64,000 nucleotides of DNA, taken from contig OZ024762.1 in the NCBI GenBank assembly GCA_964016885.1, forward strand, positions 8,308,001 to 8,372,000, in the 5' to 3' direction. Numbering within the stretch: the first letter of the stretch is position 1; each line of letters begins with the position of its first letter. The notes under the pieces are model-generated. The model saw nothing but the letters and a program-made list of their open reading frames with translations, was not told where the DNA came from and searched no databases. Below, piece by piece: positions 12,821 to 26,160 of the stretch. Position numbers and translations under genes: made by a program. Source of the stretch: Eledone cirrhosa (Eukaryota).

Positions 12821-12999
12821 TAATTGCCTTATGTTGTTTATTACATAAATATATATATATATATATGTATATATAATAGTAGAACACTGGTGGGTTATAT
12901 CCGTAGTAGTAGAGCAGTCGGTCCATGGGATGAGTTTGGTAGAAGTAGTTCCACAACAGTTCGTTCACCATACAGAGAACAATTGTTTCACCTTATTTG

Positions 13000-13042
13000 A
13001 CCGAGCTGATGATCCGAATAAGGTGAAACAATTATTCTCGGT
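13000..13042 (+). ncRNA. Hammerhead motif, degenerate copy
   Basis: accgag-CUGAUGA-tccgaataaggt-GAAAC-aatt-AUU-ctcggt; stem III G changed to A relative to the copy at 45525. Confidence 0.55.
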
Positions 13043-13088
13043 TATGGTGTACTAACTGTTGTGGAACTACTTCTTTCTATATATGTAT

Positions 13089-13429
13089 GTATGTATGTAT
13101 GTATCCAATGATGTTGACTTGTTCTTCTTTTTGGTAAATATCATCTTGGTTAAGAGAGTGGGACTGGCTTTGTGCAGTGCCTTTGCTCACTATAAAAGCT
13201 TCACGGCACAGGCATTGCTTTATATCTGGAGATCTCTCTGCACTTGTCATCACATGGTACCATGGGCCCAGCACTATGTGTCAATAATTGTCACAAGTGT
13301 AGTGTTTGTACCAGAGTTTTTAAGTCGCTGGCTGGACTAAAAAGTCACACTCGTTCAGCGCATTGGTAGGGGTTCTCCTACATGGATATAAAGTAGTGGC
13401 CGTACTCGAAAACAAGTTGGCAGCCACCA
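13089..13429. repeat. Unclassified interspersed repeat, about 335 bp
   Basis: Near-identical inverted copy at about 48918-49247; both abut TA/TACA microsatellites. Confidence 0.7.
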
Positions 13430-13977
13430 TATATATATATATTTGTATGTGGGGAAGGTGACAGAGAGTGAGAACACTGTCGGCTACACTTGTGACTAAA
13501 TGTATATATGTGTGTGAGAGAGGAATGTCTAGTCATTGATTTGTATGTCTATTTTAACCTGGAGATTGTGATACTTATGTAAGTAGGACATCATTAATGG
13601 AGCTTCTACTGAGGCACAAACACAATTAGGTTTGTTGAACTCAACATAAATAATATATAGTTCATTCATTTTAGTGCTGGACTTTTTCAGTCAATCAACT
13701 TACAATCCTTTTGATCTTTGTATTTATCAAACCACTAAGTTGAGTTTAACTTCTGTTATTCACGATATAGTTGTCTTTTCATAGGATGGCCATAGATTGG
13801 GCTTTGGGCCTAGGGCAAGGGGGCAGGAGTGCTGCGCCCCACAGACAAGACAGCAAAAGCATTCCCCCGGACGGTGGCCAGTGGCACTCGCATGGCTCCC
13901 TCCTCAGACGGAAGAGCTCGGCAGTACAGGGTCCAAGTACACCTGAGGTGTCGAAGGCAATCGGTGCAAGAGCAAGA

Positions 13978-14012
<35 letters not shown>

Positions 14013-15419
14013 AGCATTATTGGCAGTATCAGTAGAGGGTCTGACTCCATGCTTTGCAGCATAGAGTTACGGCCCTTTGTGGTCTGAGTTCAAATCCCGC
14101 CGAGGTTAACTTTGCCTTTCATCCTTACGGGGGTCGATAAAATAAAGCACCAGTAATATACTGGTATAATTGCTGGCCTTATGCCAAAAGTAGAAACAAT
14201 TATTAACCCTTAACCCTTTATCATTTACATTACTCTATATTTACTATTATATTTTCACAGTAAACACTTTATCTCACATAATTGTTTCTACTTTAGGCCA
14301 AAGGCCAGCAATTACCCAGTGCATTACTGGTACTTTATTTTATCGACCCCGTAAAGGGACGTAACTATGCTGGAAAGCATGGCGTCCGACCCTCTACCGA
14401 TACTGCCAATCCACCCAGAGTCAACCCTGATCAAGTAGACAATCAAAAGTCATTCCAACCATGACAACCTCGTCTTTATAAGTGTATATATCCCTTCCTT
14501 ATTTAAGACATTAGTGTCTAGTTTTATAGTTTTAGGGAAATTTTATCTGCTATTTCTAATGTGTCGAATGACCATGTAGAGGCTCCATTTTGGTTGGACA
14601 TCATATGCTAGTAACTGCTACCTCAGTAGCGGGTGAGAATCTATGAGAATCTATGAGATTTTGATATTTATTTTGAGAACAATACCTTAACACAAGTATG
14701 AGAAGCCAGTTCTGAACAGTTTGAACAGAAAGAGGTGAAAGAATTCTGGCTGGACACGGACAGTTTAACCCTTTAACATTTACATTATTCTATATTTCAT
14801 ATTATATTTTCAAGGTAAAGGCTTTATCTCACATAATATCGAATCTATGAGATTTTGATATTATTTATTTTGAGAACAATACCTTAACATAAGTAAAAGC
14901 AACCAGTTACGGCCGGTTTGATCAGAAAGTGGTAAAATAATTCCGGCCAGACACGGCCAGTTTAAATACTAAAGGGTTAAATCTGAAGACTGCCACCCTA
15001 CTCCTACCCTAATATTTCGTCCACCTTTTGGCCTCGGCCAACAGGTTGATTGGCGTCGGAGGTCGGCAAGGGAGACGTGCTGGAAACAGCCACTCCACTA
15101 TAACCCTGCAACATCCACAAACTCATGAAAGTTTTTACAGATTCCAGGAATTTATTTTTTTTAACATAACATTAATGCCATTGTCACCCGCTACTGAGGT
15201 AGCAGTTACTAGCATATGATGTCCAACCAAAATGGAGCCTCGACATGGTCATTCGACACATTAGAAATAGCAGCCAAATCTCCCTAAAAACTATAAAACT
15301 AGACACTAATGTCTTAAATAAGGAAGGGATATATACACTTATAAAGACGAGGTTGTCATGGTTGGAATGACTTTTGGTTGTCTACTTGATCAGGGTTGAC
15401 TCTGGGCTAAACAACAACA

Positions 15420-15514
15420 TGATGATGACATAATGGCGATGATGATGATGATGGTGATGATGGTGAAGATGATGCAATATTGATGATGATGATGTAATCG
15501 TATAATGGTGTTTG

Positions 15515-15546
<32 letters not shown>

Positions 15547-16447
15547 TAATGGTATAATGGTGTGTGTGATGATGATGATGGTATAATGGTGTTTGTGATG
15601 ATGATGTAATGGTATAATGGTGTTTGTGATTATGATGATGATGGTGTAATGGTATAATGGTGTGTGTGAAGATGATGATGGTATAATGGTGTTTGTGATG
15701 ATGATGATGATGATGGTGTAATGGTATAATGGTACTTATGATGATGATGATGATGTTGACGATGATGATTATGATGGTGACGATGTTATGGTACTGATAA
15801 TGATGATGGTGATGATAGCAATGGTGTAGTGGTACTTGTGATGATGATGATGATGATGATGATGTAATGTAGGTGGTAAACAGGTAGAAAATAACAAGAA
15901 TGATGTAATGGTGCTGCTGATGATGATGATAATGATGGTGGTGGTGATGGTGGTGGTGATGATGGTGGTGGTGATGGTGGTGGTGATGGTGATGGTGATG
16001 ATGGTGGTGGTGATGGTGGTGATGATGATGGTGGTGGTGATGGTGGTGGTGATGGTGATGGTGGTGATGGTGATGGTGGTGGTGATGGTGGTGGTGGTGG
16101 TGGTGGTGGTGGTGGTGATGGTGGTGGTGATGGTGGTGGTGATGGTGGTGGTGATGGTGATGGTGATGGTGATGGTGGTGGTGATGATGGTGGTGATGGT
16201 GATGGTGGTGGTGATGATGGTGGTGATGGTGATGGTGATGGTGATGGTGATGATGGTGGTGGTGATGGTGGTGGTGATGATGATGGTGATGGTGATGGTG
16301 GTGGTGATGATGGTGGTGATGGTGGTGGTGGTGGTGGTGATGGTGGTGGTGATGATGGTGGTGGTGATGATGGTGGTGGTGATGATGATGGTGGTGATGG
16401 TGATGGTGGTGATGGTGATGGTGGTGGTAGTGATGGTGGCGATGGCG
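15420..16447. repeat. (GAT/GGT)n trinucleotide low-complexity tract
   Basis: Direct inspection; similar tracts at 4285-4625, 39690-39975 and 42975-43500. Confidence 0.9.
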
Positions 16448-16590
16448 ATTCTAACAGGCGTCTGAAGTCGTTCATAATTATTTCTACTTTTGGCACAAGG
16501 CCAGCAATTACCCAGTGCATTACTAAATAGCTCTGTACTATACACAGAGCACTCTTCTTTCCTTTACCTTTTCCACGGAAATACTTAACT

Positions 16591-16622
<32 letters not shown>

Positions 16623-17951
16623 TATATGTGTGTGTGTGTAACCTGAGTTCAATCGGGGGTAAACCCCCAGTAAGTAAGGTACTCAATACATAGCACAGAG
16701 TAAATATTTAATATAGAAATGGCTTTTACAGGACTAAACTGTTTCATTCACAGGGTGTCCCCCCAAAAATATATACACACTTTTATTAGAATGCTGTTGA
16801 AGTATGTATACATTTTGTGGGGGACACCTTGTATATATATATTTATCTGATAGTTTGTAACTAACCTTACGTAGATCAATTACTGAGTATAGCTACAATG
16901 TATTATCATCATCTAGAAACGATCGTAAAGCAGTGAAGTGTATCTCTAATGACTTGATTTTTTTATTTCATTGTTTTAACTTATATATATATATATGAAA
17001 CAGCCAAAGGTTTGACTACGACGAAATTTGAACAAGGTGTTAGTAGCGTGATGGGCATTTATATATAAATCTGGACGAGGTAAATATATAACAAAGAAAA
17101 TGTGGTAAGGAACCAGGTGGGGCATAACGGTCGGAGCTCAGCCGTCGGGGTCCTGACTCTTTTCCCATATAAATATATATATATATAGATAGATAGATTT
17201 CTCTATATACTCTACAAATTAGATTAGACACACCAGAAATCTTTACGATGGGAACAGAGAAGTTGATTATATCGATCCCCAAACACCTAATACTTTATTT
17301 TATCCACTCCCAATCCCGGCCCAGAACAATCGGGACGAGGTAAATATATAAATATATATCGGGACGAGGTAAATATATAAATATATATAGATTTTTATAT
17401 ATATTCTACAAATTAGATTAGACACCACACCAGAAATTTTTGCGAGGGGAACAGAGAAGAGAATTATATTGACAATCCCGTAATACTTTATCTTATCGAC
17501 TGCCAACCCACTAATGCTTTATTCTATCCACTCCCAACCTCCTAATACTTTATTTTATCCACTCCCAACCCCATAATACTTTATTTTACCGACTCTCAAC
17601 CCCGACCCAGAACAGTGAAAAAGAGCAAAGCCGACCACGGCGAGATTTGAATTCTTGAACGTAGAAGACTGACGCACTAAGATACTACAACAACAACAAA
17701 AATCTCTGCCAATCTAGTAATGAATATTTACAAATAAATAACATTTAAATAAATAATAATCTTTTCTTTATTATCCAGTCCAGCAAGGGCTTTAATAAAA
17801 CGCATTAGATTTACATTACGTTACATTAAAAAGAAAAACAGATTAGATTTTGTAGGAACATGTATTGGCGATCTTACGTTTAGCGTCCCCATCAGATTGA
17901 TAGGTGAAAGAGCATAGGTGAAAAGTAAATGATGAGAATGGGAATACAAAC

Positions 17952-17982
<31 letters not shown>

Positions 17983-18314
17983 ATATTTGGGGAGGGTCAT
18001 GTTGTTATAATATTGCCAGAAATATATATAATATATATATTTCTTCGTTGTACTGTGTCGTTTACTTTATTTCTATTTACCTTTTGCACATATATATATA
18101 TATATGTGTGTGTGTATGTATATATGTATGCATGTATGTATATATATATTATATATATATACATACCATACATAAGCATTTATGTCGTTAAACGTCTTTC
18201 CTTAATAAAGAATTGTTTTTTTTATTTTCTCATTTATTTACGAGCAATACTGAAAATAATAATGATAATAATAATAATAATAATGATAATAATAATCAAA
18301 TTTATTTTTCTTAC

Positions 18315-18530
18315 CTCTGTGCCAGAATAAGTCTCAAAGAAAAACAAGACCAGACGTTGGTAGACACTCCACAGTGTGTCATCACCGATTTGATAGATAC
18401 GATGCGGCAAGGCAGCACTTAAGGCCCTCCAGGCTCCCCACACGGCTAGGTAACAAGGTGCAGTACCCACGATCATAAAACCGGGTACAATCCATCTGAA
18501 ATGGTGTAGATTAACCACCACTGATAACAT
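18315..18530 (-). CDS. AGPAT5: 1-acyl-sn-glycerol-3-phosphate acyltransferase epsilon (AGPAT5), coding exon 1
   Basis: ATG at 18530; 216 nt = 72 codons MLSVVVNLHHFRWIVPGFMIVGTAPCYLAVWGAWRALSAALPHRIYQIGDDTLWSVYQRLVLFFFETYSGTE, resembling the AGPAT5 N-terminus; donor GAG|GTAAGA, phase 0. Confidence 0.9.
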
Positions 18531-18933
18531 AGTTTTGTGTGTCTACTCCAGTGCAGACTCCACTCCAGTCGGAGAAGCCGAAGGTATGGGTATATCTATA
18601 TATATAGAGATATTGATGCGTGTGTCTGTTTGTCTGTGTATCTACACCGTCAGTTATATGTGAGCGTGTATGTGTGTATATATATATATATACAGACAGT
18701 CACATATATGTGTGTGTATATATGTGTGTATACATACAGATAGTCAGATATGCGTTTGTGTGTCTGTATATATACAGAGAAATAGTCAGATGTATGTGTT
18801 TGTGTGTCTGTATATATACGGATAAATAGTCAGATATAGATGTGTGTATATATGTTTTATGTGTATGTATGTGTGTGTTTATATATATGGAGAAATAGTC
18901 ATATATATACAGATAATCATGTGTTTGTATGTG

Positions 18934-19046
<113 letters not shown>

Positions 19047-19457
19047 GACAGACAGACAATAGAAAGAGAGATAGAGGAAAACGAGTAAAAATCCCGAATC
19101 CAGACAGTCAGTCTCAATCTCTATTCAGCTTCACTCAAGTGAAGATCTTAGCAAGCAAACGTAATCAACAATAATAGAGACAGTAACAACAACGACAGCA
19201 GCTGCTGATGGTGGTGGTGGAGGTGCTGTTGTTGCTGTCGATGATGATGATAGTGATGGTCGTAGTGATGGAACAAACCACACCGCAATGCTGCAGTTAC
19301 ATGATCTATATAGAAGGAGGAAATTTGATAAAAGGTTTCAACATTTGGAAAATACAGGAATATTTCAAAGGTATATCTTGTGTGTGTATATATATATACT
19401 AATATATATATATATATATTAGTATATATTATTTATTTATGTTTATATACTAAACAA

Positions 19458-19546
19458 AAGTGCTACCTCAGGTTTTAAGATCAAATATTGACCAGATCTC
19501 CAGATTGTAAGAGGGATCAAAATTGTGGCCTAATCTTCAGGCACTT
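19458..19546 (-). ncRNA. Degenerate hammerhead motif
   Basis: Minus strand: aagtgc-CUGAAGA-(long insert)-AAAAC-ctgag-GUA-gcactt; perfect stem I but GAAA mutated to AAAA. Confidence 0.45.
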
Positions 19547-19622
19547 AGACTATATATATATATAGAATAGAATTAGGATTTAGCTTCAGGCTTAGCTGTA
19601 TACAGATATGTATAGAAATTTC

Positions 19623-19662
<40 letters not shown>

Positions 19663-19898
19663 TAAAATAACAGATTAATGTTTAAGCAAAGAATCGCTGC
19701 TTTCATCCTTAACGGGATCTTCTTATCGAGCACTCTTTGGATTTTAGTCTTCAAATTTATTATTATTACTATATATATATAGTGTGTGTGTCTGTGGGTT
19801 TATTTTATGTGATAAACACAGTAAAATATGTACTGAATTTAGGTCTCACCACATACACTTTATATAATGATGTAGAATCAATATAAATGCTATTTGTA

Positions 19899-19950
19899 GC
19901 GACTGTTTACTTCGAAGTTTCGCCGACGTTGCCGGCTTATCAACAGTCAC
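19899..19950 (-). ncRNA. Hammerhead-like motif with altered core
   Basis: Minus strand: gtgactg-UUGAUAA-gccggc(aac)gtcggc-GAAAC-uucgaa-GUA-aacagtcgc. Confidence 0.5.
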
Positions 19951-21120
19951 CATCAAAAGTAATTATACATATAATTATATATATATATATGTGTGTGTGT
20001 GTTTGTTTGTTATTAATGGCTTAAGAAGTATAAATAAGTAAGTTAAATACCTGTTCGATCTATTTTTGTTATGAATGAAGTTGAATGATTGATTTGTTAT
20101 TTGAAAATCACATAGGGATAAAAAAAAATGTTTTCTTATTAATTCTACTTATGTTGCTTCTAAAAATAAGGCCCCATTTTAATTATATATATAATTACAC
20201 ATATATACTATATATTACACATATATATACTATATATTTATATATCACATATATATGTATATTTATATATTACATATATATATTTATATATCATATAAAT
20301 GTATATTTCACAGATATATATATTTATATATCACATATATATATATTTATATATCATATATTTATTATATAATTATTATACAGTACACGATTCGTTCAAC
20401 ACAAATTTGTGAAAAAACCTGTTATCTATCTACAAATTCAATAAAAAAATATATATTTGATTTTTCTTTTGTTTTGTTTTGGCAATAATAAAATATCCTA
20501 TTGTAAATTTTCTATTTCGTAGAAACCAAAATATTTATATCTGTCAACACATTTCATTTCCATATTAAAAATAATGACTTCATTGTTGATATTTATATCA
20601 AGCACTCAACTGGATGAAATTTTCCATAAATAAAGAAATCCTTATATTTGCCATATTCATCCGTTTTTAAATTTGTTTTTTCTTATATATTAAATATTAA
20701 ATGCAAGCTGCTCTCAGCACATATATGTTTATGTATATATATATAGATATATACATGTGTGCATATATGTGTGTAGGTTTTCTGTTAACACCTGTCTCGG
20801 TGTTGGTGGTTGTTTGTTTTTTGTGTTGTTTTAATTTAAATTTTACTTATAGTGGAGTGTTGAAGAGATGAGGTCAGTTCGGTCGTTGTGTTGTGTTGTC
20901 AAATGTGTTGTTGTTGTCAAATGTGTTGTGTTGTAATGTCGTCCTGTTGTGTTGTTGCTGAGTTGTGTTGTCAAATGTGTTGTTGTTGTTGTCAGATGTG
21001 TTGTGTTGTTGTGTTTACCACATGTGTTGTGTTGTTGAGTTATGTTGTGTTGATGCTGTTTGTATAGTTAGATGGGTTGTGTTGTGGGTCTATTGTCTTG
21101 TGTTGTGATGTGGTTGTATT

Positions 21121-21610
21121 ATGTTGTCAGATGTGGTTGTATTGTTGTTAGATGTGATGTGGTTGTGTTGCTTCTCAGATGAGTTGTTATGTATCGTTTG
21201 TCAGATGTGTTGTGATGTGGATGTATTATGTTGCCACATGTGTTGTGATGTGGTTGTATTATGTTGTCAGATGTGTTGTGATGTGGTTGTATTGTTGTTA
21301 GATGTGATGTGGTTGTGTTGCTTCTCAGATGAGTTGTTATGTATCGTTTGTCAGATGTGTTGTGATGTGGATGTATTATGTTGCCACATGTGTTGTGATG
21401 TGGTTGTATTATGTTGTCAGATGTGTTGTGATGTGGTTGTATTGTTGTTAGATGTGATGTGGTTGTGTTGCTTCTCAGATGAGTTGTTATGTATCGTTTG
21501 TCAGATGTGTTGTGATGTGGATGTATTATGTTGCCACATGTGTTGTGATGTGGTTGTATTATGTTGCCACATGTATTGTGATGTAGTTGTATTATGTTGT
21601 CAGATGTGAT
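21121..21610. repeat. 150-bp higher-order repeat (about 3 copies) in a (TGTTG)-rich tract
   Basis: gagttgttatgtatcg recurs at 21181, 21331 and 21481. Confidence 0.85.
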
Positions 21611-24579
21611 GTGGTTGTGTTACAACAATCAACTACATTAGAGACGACCAGACAATATTTACTAAAGATCTTTCCAAGTCTTTATTTCTCTCTTAAACCA
21701 CAACAATCCGTCAACACATGTCAACTGCAGTCATTTCAAAAATTCATTCAATGGAACTCTGCTGAAAGTTATTTGAATGGTTTTTTTTTGTTTTGTTTTG
21801 TTTCAACCTAGTGTGGTTGTGGCGTGGTAGTGGTGGTGTTGTGTGGTAGTGGATTTTGTAGTGTTTGTGGTGGTGTTGTGGTGTGGTAGTGGTATTTGCA
21901 GTGTTTGTAGTGTTCTTGTGACGTGATAGTGGGGGTTTGTGGTGTGGTAGTGGTGTTTGTGATGTGGTAGTGGTGTTTGTGGTGTAATTGTGGCGTGGTA
22001 GTGGTGTTTATAGTGTGGTAGTGGTATTTGTAGTGTTGTTGTAGCGTAGTAGTGGTGTTTGTGGTAATGGTGCTGTGGGGGTGTTGTTGCGGCGTGGTGT
22101 GATAGAGGTGTGGTAGTGGTATTTATGATGTGGTGTTTGTGGTGTGGAAGCGATGTTGTAGTGTTGCTGGTAGTATGAAAGTGGCGCTTGTCGTGTGGTA
22201 GTTGTGCTTGTGTGATGTTTGTAGTGTGGTAGTAGTGTTTGTGGTGTGATGGTGGTAGAGTAGTGATGTCTCTGGTGTGGTAGTGGTGAGTGTCACGAGG
22301 TAGTAGTCGTTGCGATATAGCACTGGTATTTGTCGTGAGGTAGTGGTACTAGTGATTGTCGTGTGGTAACGGTGATTGTCGTGGGGTAGTGGTGTTGAGA
22401 GTTCAAGTTGTGAGTCTATATTTTCAAGTTGCACAGAAGTAGGCTTCAGACCCCTTAAATAGTGTTGTTGTTTGTAACTTCAAAGTTGTGTAGTAGTAGT
22501 AGTAGTGGTGGTGGTAGTTGTTTGTCCCAAACAGTGAAATCGTGGTGGTATGTCCCAATCAATGAAGTGGTGGTATTAAGTTCCAAGCAGTGTAGTAACG
22601 GTGTTTGTGATTTCAAGCTGTGGTAACGTAACATGATTGCGCAAATGACTTTGAAAAGAAGCGATGAAAAATAAAAAGGTCATAGATAAACGACAGAGCG
22701 TGCGCGTCCAGGATTGCCTTCAAATTTGCCACACGTTGAAAACAGGTATTTTAAAGCGGTGGCGGAAACTGTTAGTATTTGTTTAGTGGTAACAACTACA
22801 CTGATAAAACTGTGTAAAAACTCTATTAATAGATATTACCATCTCGTGTCCTTTACGGGTGTATGTTGCCTCGTGATCCCGTATTACTTCTCAGGGGACA
22901 GCGAAGGATATGCGCTGAAAGCCCCAGTGCGATTTGCGGGGTGCTGCTTTTAGATTAAGCAGAACAAGTAGATAACAGAGGCCAATGAATAAAAAGCAGC
23001 GAATGAGATCGGGAGAAACTTAGGTTGATGAGGAGTGGGAATAATAGCCGGGTGGCTTTCCAGCCAGTCGACAGACGTTGAGTTCGAACTTAAACCCTCA
23101 CCACTGTAGCTCTATGACTAATAGAGAGCAACGTATTAAGGGAGGTAACTCTAATGTTTGTGGTTAGAGAGAGGACGGCAGGTTTGAAATCAGATTTAAA
23201 TAAATATGTTATTTTGAAATTATTTCCTTCAATTCTAACACATCGTTATAACCCCTACCATTATTATTGTCTTTGTTTTAAATATTTCTATAATCGCTAT
23301 TTTAAACACAGTTTAACGTTAATTCTTTTGTTATCACCAAGTCCGATAACTCTTGTCTACTTACTAAACAACGAAAGCACGTGTAGTCATTAAAACAATT
23401 TCTCGTAACTGTTAAACTAGAATCACTTCTTTTTCTTTTTTTTTCGGTATTAAATTTAGTCATTCGACTGGGGCCATGCTGGGATACTGTAAGGATGTAG
23501 TCGATTATATTATATCGAGATTAACTTTGCCTTTCATCCTTACGGGGTCGATAAAATAAAGTACCAGTAATGCGCTGGGTAATTTCTGGCCTTGTGCCAA
23601 AAGTAGAAACAATTATTATGGGGTCGATAAAGGGTGGTGGATTGGCAGTATCAGTAGAGGCTCGGACGCTACGGCCCTTTATGATCTGAGTTCAAATCGT
23701 GCCGAAGTTAACTTTGCCTTTCATCCTTACGGGGTCGATAAAATAAAATACCAGTCACGCACTGGAGTCCATTAAATTGACTTTCCCCTCCCCCAAAATT
23801 GCTGGCCTTGAGCCTATATAAGAAACCATTATTATGGGATCGATAAAATAAAGTACTAGTAATGCACTGGGGTCAATTTAATTGACTTTCCCCCTCCTCC
23901 ACAAATTACTGGCCTTCAGCTTAAATCAGAAAATATTTGAGATAAGTGTCAGCATAGAGTTACGCCCCTTTACATTCTGAGTTCAAATCCTATCGAGGTT
24001 AGCTTTGCTTTTCATCATTATGGGGTAGATAAAATAAAGTACCATTAATGTACCGGGGTCAATTTAATTGATTTTCTCCTCACCCACACATTACTGGCTT
24101 TCTGCCTTAATCAGAAAACTATTTTAGATAACAGCATTGAAAAAAAACACTTTGAATTGAATAAATGTTGAGATATTTTTTGTTAGTATTTTTATATTAT
24201 TCCACCCGGGAGGACGACATTGCAGAAGTTAACCCTTTAACATATAAACCAGCCATATCCGACCAGAATTCTCTCACCTCTTTCTGTTCAAACCAGCCAT
24301 AACTGGTCGCTCATACAGATGTTAAGGTATTGTTCTCAAAATAAATAATATCCAAATTTCATATTTTTTAATATTATGTGAGATAATTATGCGAAGTAAA
24401 GCCTTTACTGTGAAAATATATTAATAAATACAGAGTAATGTCAATGCTAAAGGGTTGATGTGAGGAAGAGAACAAAGTATAATGGAATAATGAGTGATGG
24501 CCGAAATGTGAACCAACTGAGGGGGATTTATGACCAGTCCTTCAGCAGATCCTACAGGTGAAGGGCCATCAATTAGCCA

Positions 24580-24885
24580 CTGAGGCAACAGAAGTTACTT
24601 GAAAGAGGCAGTGGGTCTGAAGAGGGGAGCTATTGGGTGGGGCAGTGTCTACCTGAGGCAACAGAAGTTGCTTGGAAGGGGGTGCAGTAGATCTAAAGAG
24701 GGGAGCTATTGGGTGGGGCAGTGTCTATCTGAGGCAACAGAAGTTGCTTGAAGGGGGCAGTGGGTCAAAGAGAGGAGCTGTTGGGTAGGGCAGTGTCTAC
24801 CTGAGGCAACAAAAGTTGCTTGAAGGGGGCAGTAGATCTAAAGAGGGGAGTATTTGGGTGGGGCAGTGTCTATTTGAGGTAGTGT
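24580..24885. repeat. G-rich minisatellite, about 73-76 bp unit (4 copies)
   Basis: Unit starts tgaggcaacagaagttgcttgaaggggg. Confidence 0.8.
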
Positions 24886-25519
24886 AATCTGGGGTAGTGG
24901 TACCTGGTGTTGTAGTAGCCAGTGTAGTATCTACCTGAGGTAGTGTTACCTGGACACAAACTGGTGTTTGATCAACTCCGGGTGGAACCCCTGGATGGTG
25001 ATGTCTGATGTTGAAAGGAACAAAACAACCTAATGACCCCCCCCCCCTCCAATAATATTACTGAAGAATTTTTTTTTAAATGCCTCAATTGCAAAATATA
25101 ACAATAAAATAATTTCAAGATGAGAATATAGTGAAAAGATGTGATTGTTACATCTGGAATACTTTTGGTCATGTGCTCTAGTCAACTAGGGTTGGTCTTA
25201 GACTAACCCCCCCCCCCCCATAGATGTGATGGTCACACCTGGAACGCTTTTGTACATGTGTCTACTGAGGCCTAAGTTTGTTGATCTCTTTGTGGGGGGG
25301 GGGGGGAGGGCCTGAAAATTGATCACTGATCTCTGATCTTATAATAATGATAATAGTGAAATTATTGTGTACAGTGCTCAGGTGCACTGCAACTCATCAA
25401 AGGTGCATGGACAGTACAGAGAATAATGTACAAATGTCAGAAAAGTGAACAGTGTATGAGTCATGATATACACACAGATACACATACACACGTGTGTATG
25501 TGTATGGAGGGTGGGTGGG

Positions 25520-26160
25520 GGTATCAGGTGTAGTGTTGGCGAATTTCAGGAAGCATGGAAGTTTTAAAGGATGCAGTGTCTCGGCAGCTAACAACTGATG
25601 CAGATAGTTTGTTACATGGAGGTTTTAAAGGATGCAGTGTCTCGGCAGCTAACAACTGATGCAGATAGTTTGTTCCATGGAGCTTTTAAAGGATGCAGTG
25701 TCTCGACAGCTAACAACTGATGCAGGTAGTTTGTTCCATGGAGGTTTTAAAGGATGCAGTGTCTCGACAGCTAACAACTGATGCAGATAGTTTGTTCTAT
25801 GGAAGTTTTAAAGGATGCAGTGTCTCGACAGCCAACAACTGATGCAGGTAGTTTGTTCTATGGAAGTTTTAAAGGATGCAGTGTCTCGGCAGCTAACAAC
25901 TGATGCAGGTAGTTTGTTCCATGGAGGTTTTAAAGGATGCAGTGTCTCGACAGCTAACAACTGATGCAGGTAGTTTGTTCTATGGAAGTTTTAAAGGATG
26001 CAGTGTCTCGACAGCTAACAACTGATGCAGGTAGTTTGTTCCATGCTTCAACAACTCTGAGCGTGAAAAAATGTTTCCAAAAGTCATGGGAGCTGTAATG
26101 TTTTCTGACTTTGTAAGCATGTCCATTGGTGTTAAACACATGGAACTCAAAACAGTGCCC
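25520..26160 (-). mobile_element. CR1/L2-like LINE 3' fragment with 61-bp tandem expansion (about 8 copies)
   Basis: Same sequence as 39420-39625 in reverse (FFTLRVVEAWNKLPASVVSCRDTASFKTS); 61-bp period over 25555-26045. Confidence 0.75.

Noticed and set aside
15769-16545. Extensin-like Pro/Ser- or Thr-rich ORFs
   Set aside because: (GGT/GAT)n microsatellite translation
21121-21609. Cys-rich 162-aa ORF
   Set aside because: Low-complexity TG-rich higher-order repeat
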